DNA from: a virus
Length of the DNA: 64,000 nt
IMG/VR virus record: IMGVR_UViG_3300045988_162176
Coordinates: 64,001 to 128,000 of that record
Reading direction: 5' to 3' (one strand)
Shown here: in pieces, positions 43,257 to 53,834 of the stretch
Layout: every line of letters starts with the position of its first letter
How positions within the stretch are numbered: the first letter of the stretch is position 1
Position numbers and translations under genes: made by a program
The notes under the pieces: model-generated
What the model saw: the letters and a program-made list of their open reading frames with translations, nothing else
Told to the model about the DNA's origin: nothing
Databases searched by the model: none

Positions 43257-45234
43257 TCCTTTTCAAAAATTCTTCTTCGTTCATAATAGGAGTCCCTAAT
43301 TCAGCAGCTTTCTTAGCTTTAGATGAACCACTATTAGCTTCATTAGTCAAAAGATAATCAGTCTTTTTAGAAACAGAACCAGTTAACTTTCCACAATTAT
43401 CGGTAATAATCTTTTCAATCTCAGAACGTTTCATAGTATTAAAAGCACCTGTAACACAGAAAGTCTTACCATTGATAAACTCATTTGTTGCAATCTGTGC
43501 TGGCTTATCCCAAACCAAATTTAATTCAAAAATAAGATTTGCAAATAAAGCATCTTCACTATTCCACCAATTATGCAAAGCCTGAGACATTGTTTCACCA
43601 AAACCATCTAAAGTGGAGAAATCGAAATTGTCAAAATCAAGAGCTTCCTCAAAAGCCATCCAATCTCCGCTAAAATGCTTGCTGATTTCTTTTGCTGCTG
43701 TCTTTCCAATATTAGGGATACTTAAAGAAACAAGAAGATTCTCCAACTTAACATGGCGAGATTTCTCAATAGATTCAATCAGCTTATTATAAGATTTTTC
43801 GCCAAAACCATCCATCTCAACAATTTCGTCTTTATGTTTATCAAGATGATAAAGGTCCGCATACTTCTTAACATACCCAGCATCAATAAATCTCTTAAGA
43901 GTAGCTTCACTTAATCCATCAATATTCATAGCGGGTTTAGATACAAACTGGACAAACTTAGCCAAATTCTTCTCAGGACAATCAGGATTTTCACACCAAA
44001 GAGTCTCTGCACCAGATTCAGAAATTTTAGTTGTAGTAGGCTTTCCACAGCACGGACAAGTCTTTGGAATTTCAAAATCTGCATCCCCATCTTTGTTACA
44101 AAAAACAATCTGTGGAATAATCATGTTCATTTTTGCAACTTTGACAGTGCAATTCTTTCTTAAGCCAAGAGATTTAATAATACTAATATTATGAACAGAT
44201 GCACGGCTTACTTCTGTATTATCAAGAATAACAGATTCAAACACAGCCGTAGGAGTAATTACACCAGTCTTACCAACTGCCCATTCGATATCTCTAAGAA
44301 TAGTTCCAGCAGTTTCATCTTCATACTTAAAAGCCAAGCTCTTACGAAAGTGATGACCTGTATTACCAAGGCTTAAACCATAAGCAATATCATCATAAGT
44401 AATAACACAGCCATCAACAGGAATACCCTTTTTATCGGCGACTTGCTTTAACTTAACAGTTAAGTCTTCAATTCCATAAAGGTCAACATTATCGCCATTG
44501 AAGTAATCACAAGGGACAATAGTAAAACCCAAAGACTGAAGCTTATTCATATCTTTTCTAAAACTACCCGTAGTTCCCTCAATCAAACTCCAAACCCAAA
44601 ATTGAAGACCTCTTTGAGACGTAATTTTATTGTCCAAAAGAGAAAGACTACCACTTGCAAGGTTGCGCTGAGTAGCATATTGCTCTCCATCAGGAAGTTC
44701 TGCATTAATTCGTTCAAAATCGTCTCTAAGAATAATACATTCACCATCAATAACAAGGGTTTCTTTGCTATCAATAGTTAAAGGAAGATTCTTCATAACC
44801 TTGGCATTATTAAGAACATCTGTTCCTTCAACACCATTACCACGAGTCTCAGCAGAAACCAACTTACCATTTTCATATCTGACAGACATAGTAAGGCCAT
44901 CTAACTTCATAGATAAAGCTACTTCTTTATTTTCTGCAAAATTAAGCAAATCTTGACAACTTTTTGTTTTGTCAAGCGAAAGCATTAAATGGTCATGTTT
45001 AACTTTCTTAAGTGAATCAACAGTTTCATAACCAACTGTCTGAGTAGGAGAGTTTGAAAGAACAAAATTTTCTTCTGTCTCTAACTCTCGCAATTCATCA
45101 AATAGCTTATCATATTCTGCATCAGAAACAAGAGATTCACTATAATTATAATACTTGTCTCGATACTTATTTAACAGACTTGTTAATTCTTTGATACGTG
45201 CAATATTTTCGTAATTATTCATATTAATCTCCAT
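43246..45234 (-). CDS. ligA: NAD-dependent DNA ligase
   Basis: N-terminal SDAEYDKLFDEL, adenylation site MKLDGL, Zn finger CPCCG...CENPDCP, C-terminal BRCT-like GKTFCVTG. Confidence 0.9.
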   Translation of the reverse strand: MEINMNNYENIARIKELTSLLNKYRDKYYNYSESLVSDAEYDKLFDELRELETEENFVLSNSPTQTVGYETVDSLKKVKHDHLMLSLDKTKSCQDLLNFAENKEVALSMKLDGLTMSVRYENGKLVSAETRGNGVEGTDVLNNAKVMKNLPLTIDSKETLVIDGECIILRDDFERINAELPDGEQYATQRNLASGSLSLLDNKITSQRGLQFWVWSLIEGTTGSFRKDMNKLQSLGFTIVPCDYFNGDNVDLYGIEDLTVKLKQVADKKGIPVDGCVITYDDIAYGLSLGNTGHHFRKSLAFKYEDETAGTILRDIEWAVGKTGVITPTAVFESVILDNTEVSRASVHNISIIKSLGLRKNCTVKVAKMNMIIPQIVFCNKDGDADFEIPKTCPCCGKPTTTKISESGAETLWCENPDCPEKNLAKFVQFVSKPAMNIDGLSEATLKRFIDAGYVKKYADLYHLDKHKDEIVEMDGFGEKSYNKLIESIEKSRHVKLENLLVSLSIPNIGKTAAKEISKHFSGDWMAFEEALDFDNFDFSTLDGFGETMSQALHNWWNSEDALFANLIFELNLVWDKPAQIATNEFINGKTFCVTGAFNTMKRSEIEKIITDNCGKLTGSVSKKTDYLLTNEANSGSSKAKKAAELGTPIMNEEEFLKRIGK

Positions 45235-45307
45235 TACTTATCAATTGTGCTCATAATAAGCAAAGACAAAACAACCCAAACAACTAAAATACCAATTACT
45301 GCATAAC

Positions 45308-46126
45308 TCATAATTTAGTCTCACTTTCTAAAAGTTCTTTCTTTAAAGAATGTGCAATCATTGTTCTTTGTACGTTTCTTAAAACTTCTGCAACAGTTTC
45401 ATCTGTTTCAAAGTGCTTATCCATTACATATTCATCTACCAAAACTTCTGCTTCTGTAATTAAAGATTCAGCCACCCTTTTAGCATCTTCAATAGGAAGT
45501 GGAGTAGTTTTGTAGCTAATTAACAACTCAGGGTCTTTAGGAATTAAAATCTTTTCATAAGGTTCGTCTTCTGCTACATATCTTTTGATAAAATCTGATA
45601 GCCTTGCAATATGATGGAAATCTTTCAATCCATATCCATAATTGTCAATGTCAAACTCATTATGAGGGGCTCTATGAAACATCTGTTTATACTTAGTCTT
45701 CATATTACCATACATTGTCAGCACAGCTTTGTGAGGACAATAATGGGCAATAGCCTCTCTGTTTTTAATAATAGCTCCAAGCCACATGCCAGCGTATTCT
45801 GGATTTAGCTCAAAATATTTAGTAAACAATGTTTCTGTGAAATTAATATTTTGTTTTAAATAACTGTTGAACATTAAACGAATATCTTTGACTTCAAGCT
45901 TTCCTCCATCTTCATCTCGATGATATTCTTTACTAACCCAATCTTTAGAATCAACGATGTCATCAAAATGAGGAAGTACAATTGCTTTTGTATCAACGTC
46001 AGAATGTTCGGTAGCCATACCATAATTATTACTACCGTAAACAAACACTCCAACAATATTATATCCAAGTTCTTTCAAAAATTCATAATCAGAATGAACT
46101 CTATTATTAACCTTTTCCAAATTCAT
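45308..46126 (-). CDS. Pol-beta superfamily nucleotidyltransferase (possibly RlaP-like)
   Basis: VFVYGSNNYGMATEHSDVDTKAIV (GS...D.D pattern). Confidence 0.5.
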   Translation of the reverse strand: MNLEKVNNRVHSDYEFLKELGYNIVGVFVYGSNNYGMATEHSDVDTKAIVLPHFDDIVDSKDWVSKEYHRDEDGGKLEVKDIRLMFNSYLKQNINFTETLFTKYFELNPEYAGMWLGAIIKNREAIAHYCPHKAVLTMYGNMKTKYKQMFHRAPHNEFDIDNYGYGLKDFHHIARLSDFIKRYVAEDEPYEKILIPKDPELLISYKTTPLPIEDAKRVAESLITEAEVLVDEYVMDKHFETDETVAEVLRNVQRTMIAHSLKKELLESETKL

Positions 46127-46193
46127 AGTTTACCTTTCTTAATGTAAATAAGTAACAATATACAAATATATTTATCTATTCTTACTTAATGAC

Positions 46194-46222
46194 ATTATAA
46201 CAGACTGATTCTATCTTGTCAA
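46194..46222 (-). promoter_or_regulatory. Sigma70-type promoter
   Basis: TTGACA (46217-46222) - 17 nt - TATAAT (46194-46199). Confidence 0.7.
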
Positions 46223-46261
46223 GAAGTTATAATGAAAAAGTTGAAAGGGGTATAATACCCC

Positions 46262-46471
46262 TTAATCAACTTCTATCTTTTTGTACTTCCCACAATTACA
46301 TTCCCCAGCATAATTTTGCTCTCTAAAAGATTTACAAATACAAACCATATCGTCAGTTTGAGTCAGCCCACATGGACAATATTGTTTTCCATATTTCTCT
46401 TTCATTTCTGCAAGTTGGCGATTTGTTTCATCTACTAAGTCTTTATCATCGTTTAATACAATTTTTAACAT
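46262..46471 (-). CDS. Small Cys-rich redox-like protein
   Basis: CPCG...CICKSF...CNCG pattern next to the nrd genes; function not assigned. Confidence 0.45.
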   Translation of the reverse strand: MLKIVLNDDKDLVDETNRQLAEMKEKYGKQYCPCGLTQTDDMVCICKSFREQNYAGECNCGKYKKIEVD

Positions 46472-46965
46472 TAAGATATCCTCTCTGCATATTGATTATC
46501 AGAAGCCAAAATAATTTTAAGAGTTTCATCAAAATGACTGATAGAATTTGGTTTATATCTACCATATTTTAAAATTACATTGGGATACTTTTTTAATTTC
46601 TTAATTTCTTTTTCTATTTCTTCTTTATAATACCCCGTATAAATTATAAAGTCATCATTACAATTTTGTTTTCTAAAATAATCCAGCAAAGACAAAACTT
46701 CTTCAAATTGCAACATAGGTTCTAAGCCTCCTATTACAACTGCCTTTGTAATTTCATTATCTATATAAGCTTTGTAAATAGAAGAAATTAAAAATTCTTT
46801 CGTTGCTTGTCTTACCACAGGTTCATTTTGGCATACTGTAATTGGAATATTAGCTTCATGACAACATTTCCAATCACATTTACAAGTGATAAGGAAGAGA
46901 GAGGGCTTTGCATAATTAACAAAGTCCTCCATGACAACACCTTTGAGATGAATCTTCTCTTCCAT
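46471..46965 (-). CDS. nrdG: Anaerobic ribonucleotide reductase activating protein-like
   Basis: Size, Cys cluster CKCDWKCCHE and position immediately downstream of nrdD. Confidence 0.55.
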   Translation of the reverse strand: MEEKIHLKGVVMEDFVNYAKPSLFLITCKCDWKCCHEANIPITVCQNEPVVRQATKEFLISSIYKAYIDNEITKAVVIGGLEPMLQFEEVLSLLDYFRKQNCNDDFIIYTGYYKEEIEKEIKKLKKYPNVILKYGRYKPNSISHFDETLKIILASDNQYAERIS

Positions 46966-46969
46966 AAAT

Positions 46970-48898
46970 TTATCCTTTCATAATAGAATCTGCATCTAAA
47001 ACATTATACCAACGTCTTAAATTAAATTCCTTTTTCCTAATTTTTTGATAACTACTTACAGGAGTATAAAAACCTACTACTCTTGCATATTGGTCAGCCA
47101 CAGGTTTTCCACAAATAGGACAGGTTTGAGTTCCAATAAAAGAATGTTTATCTTCACAAACATTAATCTTAGTCGTAAAAGCGAAATAAATTACACCTTT
47201 AGAAGCAACATAATTAAGCATGTCCCATGCACTTTCTTTGGTAGCAAAACGATTTTCAATGTCAATATGAGCAATACATCCGCCGCCGCATTTTTCATCA
47301 AGTACACTACCTAAACGACACTTCTCTTTAATAGTGCATTGTTCAGTTAATGGAATCCATTGATTTGAGTAAATAAAATATTTATCTTGCTCAAACAAAA
47401 GATTATCTGCGGTACAAATTACACCAGCGCAATTTTCCCGTGGAATAGATTCAACATTAAAAGAAAAATCACATTCAAAACTATCTTTTACCTCATTGAT
47501 AGTATCAAGAATCTGGCAAGCAAATTCTAATCCTTCTTCTGTATAATATTTATTACCAAACTCATCAGTATTAATTAAACCAAAAGAATCAATAACCTCA
47601 TACATTCCAAGAATACCAATAGTACAATATTGCTTGTCAAGTTCAACCGCCCCTTCTTGATAATTAGGAAGCAGACCTTTTTCTATATTGCGCTCTAAAA
47701 TATGACGCATACTAGTTAATGCCTTGCAATCCAAAAGAACACGGTCTTTAAGAAGTTCAATATATTTCTTTTTATTAAATTTGGTCTCATATGCAATACG
47801 CATAAGATTAATTGTACTTACACGACAAGAACCAACAGACAATGCTGTACCACCAATAGAATTAACAAAAGCATCAAGCTTTTGAGTATCTGAAAGCAAA
47901 CGACAGCAGTTTGAAAGAACCCCAACATTATCAGACACGAAAAAATTAGAATCAGACCATTTAATATTATGATAACAAGCCCATCGAGCAGTTTCTTCAT
48001 CTTCAAATTTACCATCTTTATAGAGAAGAGAATAAGTTAAAACGGGGAAAGTAAACATATTTTCACTGCGAATATCACTTACCACATCCATAAACAAACG
48101 CTGGCACTTCATAATTTCTTCAATTTGGTCGATAGCGAAAGACCCGTCTGGAAATTCCAATCCACCAAACAAAGATTCAAGATAAGGACGGTCAAAAATA
48201 CTTACATTTGTAAAAGCACACTGGTCAATTCTAAGGAATGGCTGATTTAATCTGTAAACGAATTTCTGAAAATATTGTCTTAAATAAGTCTCTGGGTCTT
48301 TAAAGTAATGCCCATTCTTTATATCCATTTTCCAGAAATAATAAGCCCAAATAATTACATTTGGGAGGCCAACGGCCCGAGACTAACGGTTACTGAGGAA
48401 TGAAACAAACTCAATAACATCATCAAAATATGTATCCAAGTGCTTAGGAGGCTGGTTGTTATACCCTCCAAGGAAAAACAATCCTTCTCTTGCCAAACGA
48501 GTTAAATCATTCGCCCAGCAATAAGGAAAATAACTTGCAGTGGCAGAATCGTTAAGATAAAATCCTTTGCTAAACTCCTATTCTAACCAAGCCTTAGCGG
48601 TACGAAGCCCCCATTTTTTCTTAATTTCAAGGAAAATTTTATTTAAACCAAAAAGCTTATCTTCGCTTTTCCCTTTTTCAGTCATAAAAGAACGAATATC
48701 TCTATGACTAGCATTTGCATTAGGGTCGATGGTAGCATCTGCCATTGTGCTTTGATTTACGAATTTATCTAAGAATTCTGAAAAATCTAACTAGCTAGAA
48801 TGAACCCCATTAATATATTCAAAATCTTCACCATATTTCTTTTTTAAGTCTTCAAGACATCTTTCAAAATCTTTTGTTAAACGAAGTGAAATGTCCAT
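46970..48898 (-). CDS. nrdD: Anaerobic ribonucleoside-triphosphate reductase (three in-frame TAGs)
   Basis: C-terminal Zn ribbon CEDKH...CPICG and glycyl-radical motif ARVVGFYTPV. The N-terminal 190 codons join via TAGs at 48383, 48578 and 48791. RBS GGGAGG lies before ATG 48898. Confidence 0.85.
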
Positions 48899-48916
48899 AT
48901 AAAATTTTCCTCCCTT

Positions 48917-49120
48917 TTAATTATTATTAATCCATTGATTTGCTTCATTGAAAGCCATAATTTCTCCATCAACTTCAAGTAATGGAGCAGAAGCAAAACC
49001 CTTTTTAATCATTTCCTTTACATCGAAATCAGTTCTGGCTTCAAATTCAATTCCCTTTTGCTTAAGTTTCTTTTCCAAAACAATACAGCGAGGGCAATTA
49101 GTGGTATACAAAACAACCAT
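48917..49120 (-). CDS. nrdH: Glutaredoxin-like protein NrdH
   Basis: CPRC redox motif in a 67-aa thioredoxin-fold protein adjacent to nrdD. Confidence 0.65.
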   Translation of the reverse strand: MVVLYTTNCPRCIVLEKKLKQKGIEFEARTDFDVKEMIKKGFASAPLLEVDGEIMAFNEANQWINNN

Positions 49121-49143
49121 AACATCAATCTCCTTTTGTCCTT

Positions 49144-49686
49144 TTATGTAACATCTAAATTACCATCAGATAATTTAACTAACTAATTATATAATTTCAT
49201 ACATCCCCAAGTATCTGCATCTGCACTATGAGCATTTTCTAAAGTATAACCAAAATGTTCAAGCAAAGTTCCTAATTTATAATTAGCTACTTCTGTTTTT
49301 GGAATTAAACGTTTTGCATTTTCCAAAGTGCAACAAACAGCATGATTTGGAATTGGAATGTGATATCTTTTTAGTTCTGGATAGATTACTTTATTAGCAT
49401 CATATTTGGCATTATGAAAAATCCAAACACTGTCTGTCATATAATCTTTTATTTCTTCCCATACTTCATCAAAGGTGGGGCAATTTTTTATAGTATCATA
49501 GGTAATACCATTGACTTTAGATGCTCCACTTTCAATCTATGCCTATGGATTTACTAATATATATTTATCAGCAATTTTCTTGCCATTTTCATATACTAAA
49601 ATTGCAATACTAACAATTCTATTCTCTTTAAATCCAGTTGTTTCAGTATCACCTATAACGAGCTTATTATAATTAGGGAGAGCCAT
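49144..49686 (-). CDS. DnaQ-like 3'-5' exonuclease (three in-frame TAGs)
   Basis: ExoI GDTETTG, ExoII FHNAKYD, ExoIII HSADADT. TAGs at 49537, 49543 and 49183. Ends at TAA 49144. Confidence 0.75.
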
Positions 49687-49688
49687 AA

Positions 49689-50108
49689 TTACTCTCCCTC
49701 TACAGCTTTATCAGATTTCAGAGCATTTGCTCTCGCTGCTTCAATAGTGTTATTTTCATCCTTAATAGACAAAATTTTCTTCATCTTATTAAAAGCTTCT
49801 AAAATATATTTCAAAGAACCAGATAAACATACTCCCAAAGTTGCCACTGTTGAAATAACAGTGCTATATTCAGCAGGAATAGGAAGATTGTTTTTATTTG
49901 CCCAAGGAATAATTAAAGAGGTAGAAAGTACAAGTAGCATTGTACCACCAGCAAAAGCTAAAATTTTATAAAGGCTATTTATTAATCTTTGTTTTTCAAA
50001 AGTTTCTCCTGCGATTTTAATATTATAATATAAAGAGAAACTAACATTAGAAAGATATGCCATGCCAAAAATAGAAAATCCCACTAAAGCCGCTAAAAGA
50101 TTTTCCAA
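49689..50108 (-). CDS. Hypothetical multi-pass membrane protein
   Basis: ORF track; 3-4 hydrophobic helices. Confidence 0.55.
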   Translation of the reverse strand: MENLLAALVGFSIFGMAYLSNVSFSLYYNIKIAGETFEKQRLINSLYKILAFAGGTMLLVLSTSLIIPWANKNNLPIPAEYSTVISTVATLGVCLSGSLKYILEAFNKMKKILSIKDENNTIEAARANALKSDKAVEGE

Positions 50109-50150
50109 GGCTAATTTCCAAAAATCCTACATAACTTTCTCCTTTAAGTT

Positions 50151-50633
50151 TTAATTACCAGAACTTCCAAATCCACCAGCACCACGCTCAGTATCAGGAA
50201 GTTCTTCTACTTGTTCAAAAGTAGTGGGAAGCACAGGAAGAATCATAGCTTGAGCAATCCTATCCCCGTGTCTAATAATTTGTGTTTCAGTGCTATCATT
50301 ATGCAAAGCAACAATCCATTCACCACGATAGTCTGCATCAATCACGCCTACGCAATTTGCAGGACGAAGCCCCTGTTTAGTAGCCAAACCACTACGAGCA
50401 AAAACTGCACCCCAATATCCGACAGGAATTGCAGTTGCGATACCAGTCTTTACCTTTACAGTCTCATGAGGACGAATCTTGATTCCTGCAACATCTTTCT
50501 GAACATCCCAGCTATAATAAGTGTCATCTGGACAATCCGCATAAAGGTCAAAACAAGCATCAGTTTCATGCGCTTTAACAGGCATCTTAGCTGTCTTAGA
50601 CAGCAACTTAATCTTTACATCCATATTTGTCAA
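50151..50633 (-). CDS. dut: dUTP diphosphatase
   Basis: Motifs DACFDLYA, ARSGLA, GVIDADYRGE, RIAQ, ERGAGGFGSSG. Confidence 0.9.
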   Translation of the reverse strand: MTNMDVKIKLLSKTAKMPVKAHETDACFDLYADCPDDTYYSWDVQKDVAGIKIRPHETVKVKTGIATAIPVGYWGAVFARSGLATKQGLRPANCVGVIDADYRGEWIVALHNDSTETQIIRHGDRIAQAMILPVLPTTFEQVEELPDTERGAGGFGSSGN

Positions 50634-50650
50634 TCCTTTTTTGTCTAATT

Positions 50651-50914
50651 TTAATTTGTTTCTGTTTCGTCTTCTACTTCTTCTACTAATTTATCAATGT
50701 TTTCTTTGAGATATTTAGTTACATTTGCATAGCCTTTGTCATTACAATCTTCACTAAAGCCTCTAAACTTTGTTCTTGCTGGAAATGCTTCTTTTACATT
50801 GCCTTCATTATCAAAATCAACACAAATACACCAACCAAATAAATGAAGAATACTATTAATAAACCAGAGTAAACCAGATTCACGAAACTCTTTCCATGTT
50901 TTTCTTTCAATCAT
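50651..50914 (-). CDS. Hypothetical protein
   Basis: ORF track. Confidence 0.55.
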   Translation of the reverse strand: MIERKTWKEFRESGLLWFINSILHLFGWCICVDFDNEGNVKEAFPARTKFRGFSEDCNDKGYANVTKYLKENIDKLVEEVEDETETN

Positions 50915-50949
50915 ATTCTTATTTCCTTGTATATAAAAATGGTGGAAAG

Positions 50950-52308
50950 TTACCCTTCCACCATAGAGTTTTTAAAACGCTTTAAATTGTGTAGGGCTTT
51001 TGTAATTTCAGAATATTTGTAGCAAAACTGTTTCTTCAGCAAGAAATCGTTTTCTTGCCCAAGATATTTGGTCTTTGTTCTGCCCTTTAATACTTTAGGA
51101 AGTTTATCCATCCAAAGCATTGCTTCTTTTTTATCATTCCAAAAGTCTACACATTCCGCATTTCCTTTAACTAAAATTTTATCAATAAGCTCTTTATAGA
51201 GATTAAGATATTCATGAACAGTATTATAATATTCCATAATTAAATCTCTATATGCTTCAGGACATTTTGCCAAAAAGTCATCAAATCTATCTTCGTGAAT
51301 AGCATTAATAACAGCGTTAGGAGAAATATTTTTAGATAATGCTTTATGCATTAAAACATAATCCGATGTTTTGACTTTGCATCTAAAATGATTTTTATGT
51401 CTATCAACCATATCAACTACCCAACCTTCTTTTTCAGAAGAAAGATAATTATCAGTATCAGCTAAAATGCTAAATAAAGTAGCATTATAATACCATTGAG
51501 TCATTTTAGAATCATATTCCTCAGCCATATCACTAAGGATATCAAAAGAAACTTCCTTACCATCCTTAACATCTCTTGCCGCAAGTAAATATAATCCTTC
51601 TTGAGATTCATTATATTTAACAACAATAGGATTTTTTGGAGAAATATATTCAAAAATAAAAGTATAATCAGGATAATCCTTAATTAATTCTTTCTGCCCA
51701 TCAGATAAGAGCTTATAACCCTCAGCAAGTCTCCAAGATTCAACAGGGTCTAATGCCTGAGAACCAGAACCTAAAATTCTGTCTTCCTCTGCAATATATC
51801 TGTATTGCTGATAAGAACCATCAAGCTTATTAGTAATAAAAACTGAATGAGCAAAATTATATTTAGACCTAATATTTTTAGGAGACCAATCACCATCATC
51901 CTCACCATAGTTCTTAAACTTTGCCAAAGATGCAAGAGCAATTTCATCGTTCTTTAAATCAAAGACACAAGAACGACATTCTCTATAAAGACCATCATAT
52001 AATTCAAAGAAAGAGCCTAAATCATAATCATCAGATAATTCAATAAAACCCTTGTACTTAAAAAGCACATAATGGTCATAACAAGTAATCTGAAGAGGGT
52101 CAAAAATCTTATTTAACTTTTCATTAAGTTTAGGAGTAATATTCCCCCATACTTCAAGAACTCTGTCAAGCCAATCATTAAAATTATAATTCTCAGGACA
52201 AGGTTCATTGTTAAGGAGAGTATAAGACTGGATATACTTTCTTTTAACAGTCATAACATATTCATAAAGAGGATGCCAAAGAAACTCTTTTTGAAAACGA
52301 AAATTCAT
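50950..52308 (-). CDS. RNA ligase (T4 Rnl1-like)
   Basis: Nucleotidyltransferase motif I TNKLDGS; length and adjacency to a polynucleotide-kinase-like gene. Confidence 0.6.
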   Translation of the reverse strand: MNFRFQKEFLWHPLYEYVMTVKRKYIQSYTLLNNEPCPENYNFNDWLDRVLEVWGNITPKLNEKLNKIFDPLQITCYDHYVLFKYKGFIELSDDYDLGSFFELYDGLYRECRSCVFDLKNDEIALASLAKFKNYGEDDGDWSPKNIRSKYNFAHSVFITNKLDGSYQQYRYIAEEDRILGSGSQALDPVESWRLAEGYKLLSDGQKELIKDYPDYTFIFEYISPKNPIVVKYNESQEGLYLLAARDVKDGKEVSFDILSDMAEEYDSKMTQWYYNATLFSILADTDNYLSSEKEGWVVDMVDRHKNHFRCKVKTSDYVLMHKALSKNISPNAVINAIHEDRFDDFLAKCPEAYRDLIMEYYNTVHEYLNLYKELIDKILVKGNAECVDFWNDKKEAMLWMDKLPKVLKGRTKTKYLGQENDFLLKKQFCYKYSEITKALHNLKRFKNSMVEG

Positions 52309-52344
52309 CTTAAACTCTCCTTTACTAATTATTTATCTTCTAAA

Positions 52345-53325
52345 TTATTCTTCAGAAATTCCACTTGCAATTTTATCACATTCATTAAACAAGAAAAGCT
52401 TATCAAGATTTTCTTTTCCCATAACCTTTTCCCATTTAGCTTTAGACTTTTCAGTTTCAAGAAAGAATGGGAGCATATGGAAATTAACATAAAACAGACA
52501 TTTTAAAATATCATTCATATTAGTAAATCCAATGCAATCCAGATTCGCTAAGAGGTCATATGTCCCTACATTATGATGACTATAATATCTATAATCACCA
52601 GAACCATCTTCTTTGGGCTGTCCAGTAGTTAACTTGCCTAAATCATGAATCTGTGCGGCTCTATAAAGAACCTTATCGTCAGTTCTCTTAGCAACTTCCT
52701 CAGCACAAATCCTGCAATGCTCATCTAAAGTATACTTATGATGATGAGTCTTTTGGTCAAAACCTTTCATCAAGCTCATAATATAGTCATCATCAGTAGT
52801 CCAATTAGACTGAGGCACAATTACTTCAAACTGATTAAAATTCCAACCAATTAAATTAATTGTATCAAAACCTTCCTCATAAAAAGGAATTTCAAACTTA
52901 CCAATCTGTCTATCAATAACTTCTTCGGGAACTGTACGAGCCCTTGCTCTATTCTGTCTTTTGCAAACAGCAATAGGAGTAGTCATAACATAAGCAACTT
53001 TAGTGACATTTTCCTTATTGCGAACAATATCCAACAAGCTCTTACGAGATTTAACATTAATATTAGTTGCATCGACAATGATATTCATTTTATCAACGCA
53101 ATTATTAATACGGCGACGAACTTCTTTAAAGACCTCATCATTATGAGTTTGGTCATTTACATCTCCAAAAACAGTTTCACGAATTTCATCCGACGAAACA
53201 ATCATTGTGGGCTGACCCATTTTAGTCAACATATCTTTAAGATTCTGAGCAAGAGTAGATTTGCCACTTGCAACAACTCCAATCATCATCATAAAATTCG
53301 TATGTTCCATTTTTGTTCTCCTCAC
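52345..53325 (-). CDS. P-loop polynucleotide kinase-like domain fused to an HD phosphohydrolase domain
   Basis: Walker A GVVASGKST in the N-terminal half and HD signature AAQIHDLGK in the C-terminal half. Confidence 0.6.
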   Translation of the reverse strand: MRRTKMEHTNFMMMIGVVASGKSTLAQNLKDMLTKMGQPTMIVSSDEIRETVFGDVNDQTHNDEVFKEVRRRINNCVDKMNIIVDATNINVKSRKSLLDIVRNKENVTKVAYVMTTPIAVCKRQNRARARTVPEEVIDRQIGKFEIPFYEEGFDTINLIGWNFNQFEVIVPQSNWTTDDDYIMSLMKGFDQKTHHHKYTLDEHCRICAEEVAKRTDDKVLYRAAQIHDLGKLTTGQPKEDGSGDYRYYSHHNVGTYDLLANLDCIGFTNMNDILKCLFYVNFHMLPFFLETEKSKAKWEKVMGKENLDKLFLFNECDKIASGISEE

Positions 53326-53768
53326 TTCATTTTAGCAAGAATATTATCAACTTTTTCGTTGAATTCTTTTACCAGCTTTTCTTTATCAGTATCAGGTCTT
53401 GTTTGTCCCTCAACAGGAATTAAATCTCCTGCCCAGAACAGCCACTTAGGATTAGTTTCATCTTCTGCAAATTGAACAAGACTATTATAATCAGCAGTCT
53501 GTCTTTCCTTCTTCAAAGGGTCAAACTCAACTGTAAAAATATCATTTTTGTGTTCAGTAACCCAATTCCTATAATCTTCTCTCATTTGTTTCCAATCTGG
53601 ATACGAAATAATTCGATTGTAATCTAAAGTTACTTTTTCACCCTCCCATGAAGTAATGGGATTAGTAGTGATAGCATTCATTCTTTTAACAAAAGTAATA
53701 GCACTTTCTTTTGTTAAACCTTTTTTAGTGAGCTTCTTTACAGCCGCTCTACGTTCTTCTCGATTCAT
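53322..53768 (-). CDS. Hypothetical protein
   Basis: ORF track. Confidence 0.6.
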   Translation of the reverse strand: MNREERRAAVKKLTKKGLTKESAITFVKRMNAITTNPITSWEGEKVTLDYNRIISYPDWKQMREDYRNWVTEHKNDIFTVEFDPLKKERQTADYNSLVQFAEDETNPKWLFWAGDLIPVEGQTRPDTDKEKLVKEFNEKVDNILAKMK

Positions 53769-53791
53769 AGTTACTCCTTTGAATCATCTAT

Positions 53792-53820
53792 ATAATAACA
53801 GAAATAAACGAAGTTGTCAA
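53792..53820 (-). promoter_or_regulatory. Sigma70-type promoter
   Basis: TTGACA (53815-53820) - 17 nt - TATTAT (53792-53797). Confidence 0.6.
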
Positions 53821-53834
53821 GAGGATAATAAAAA

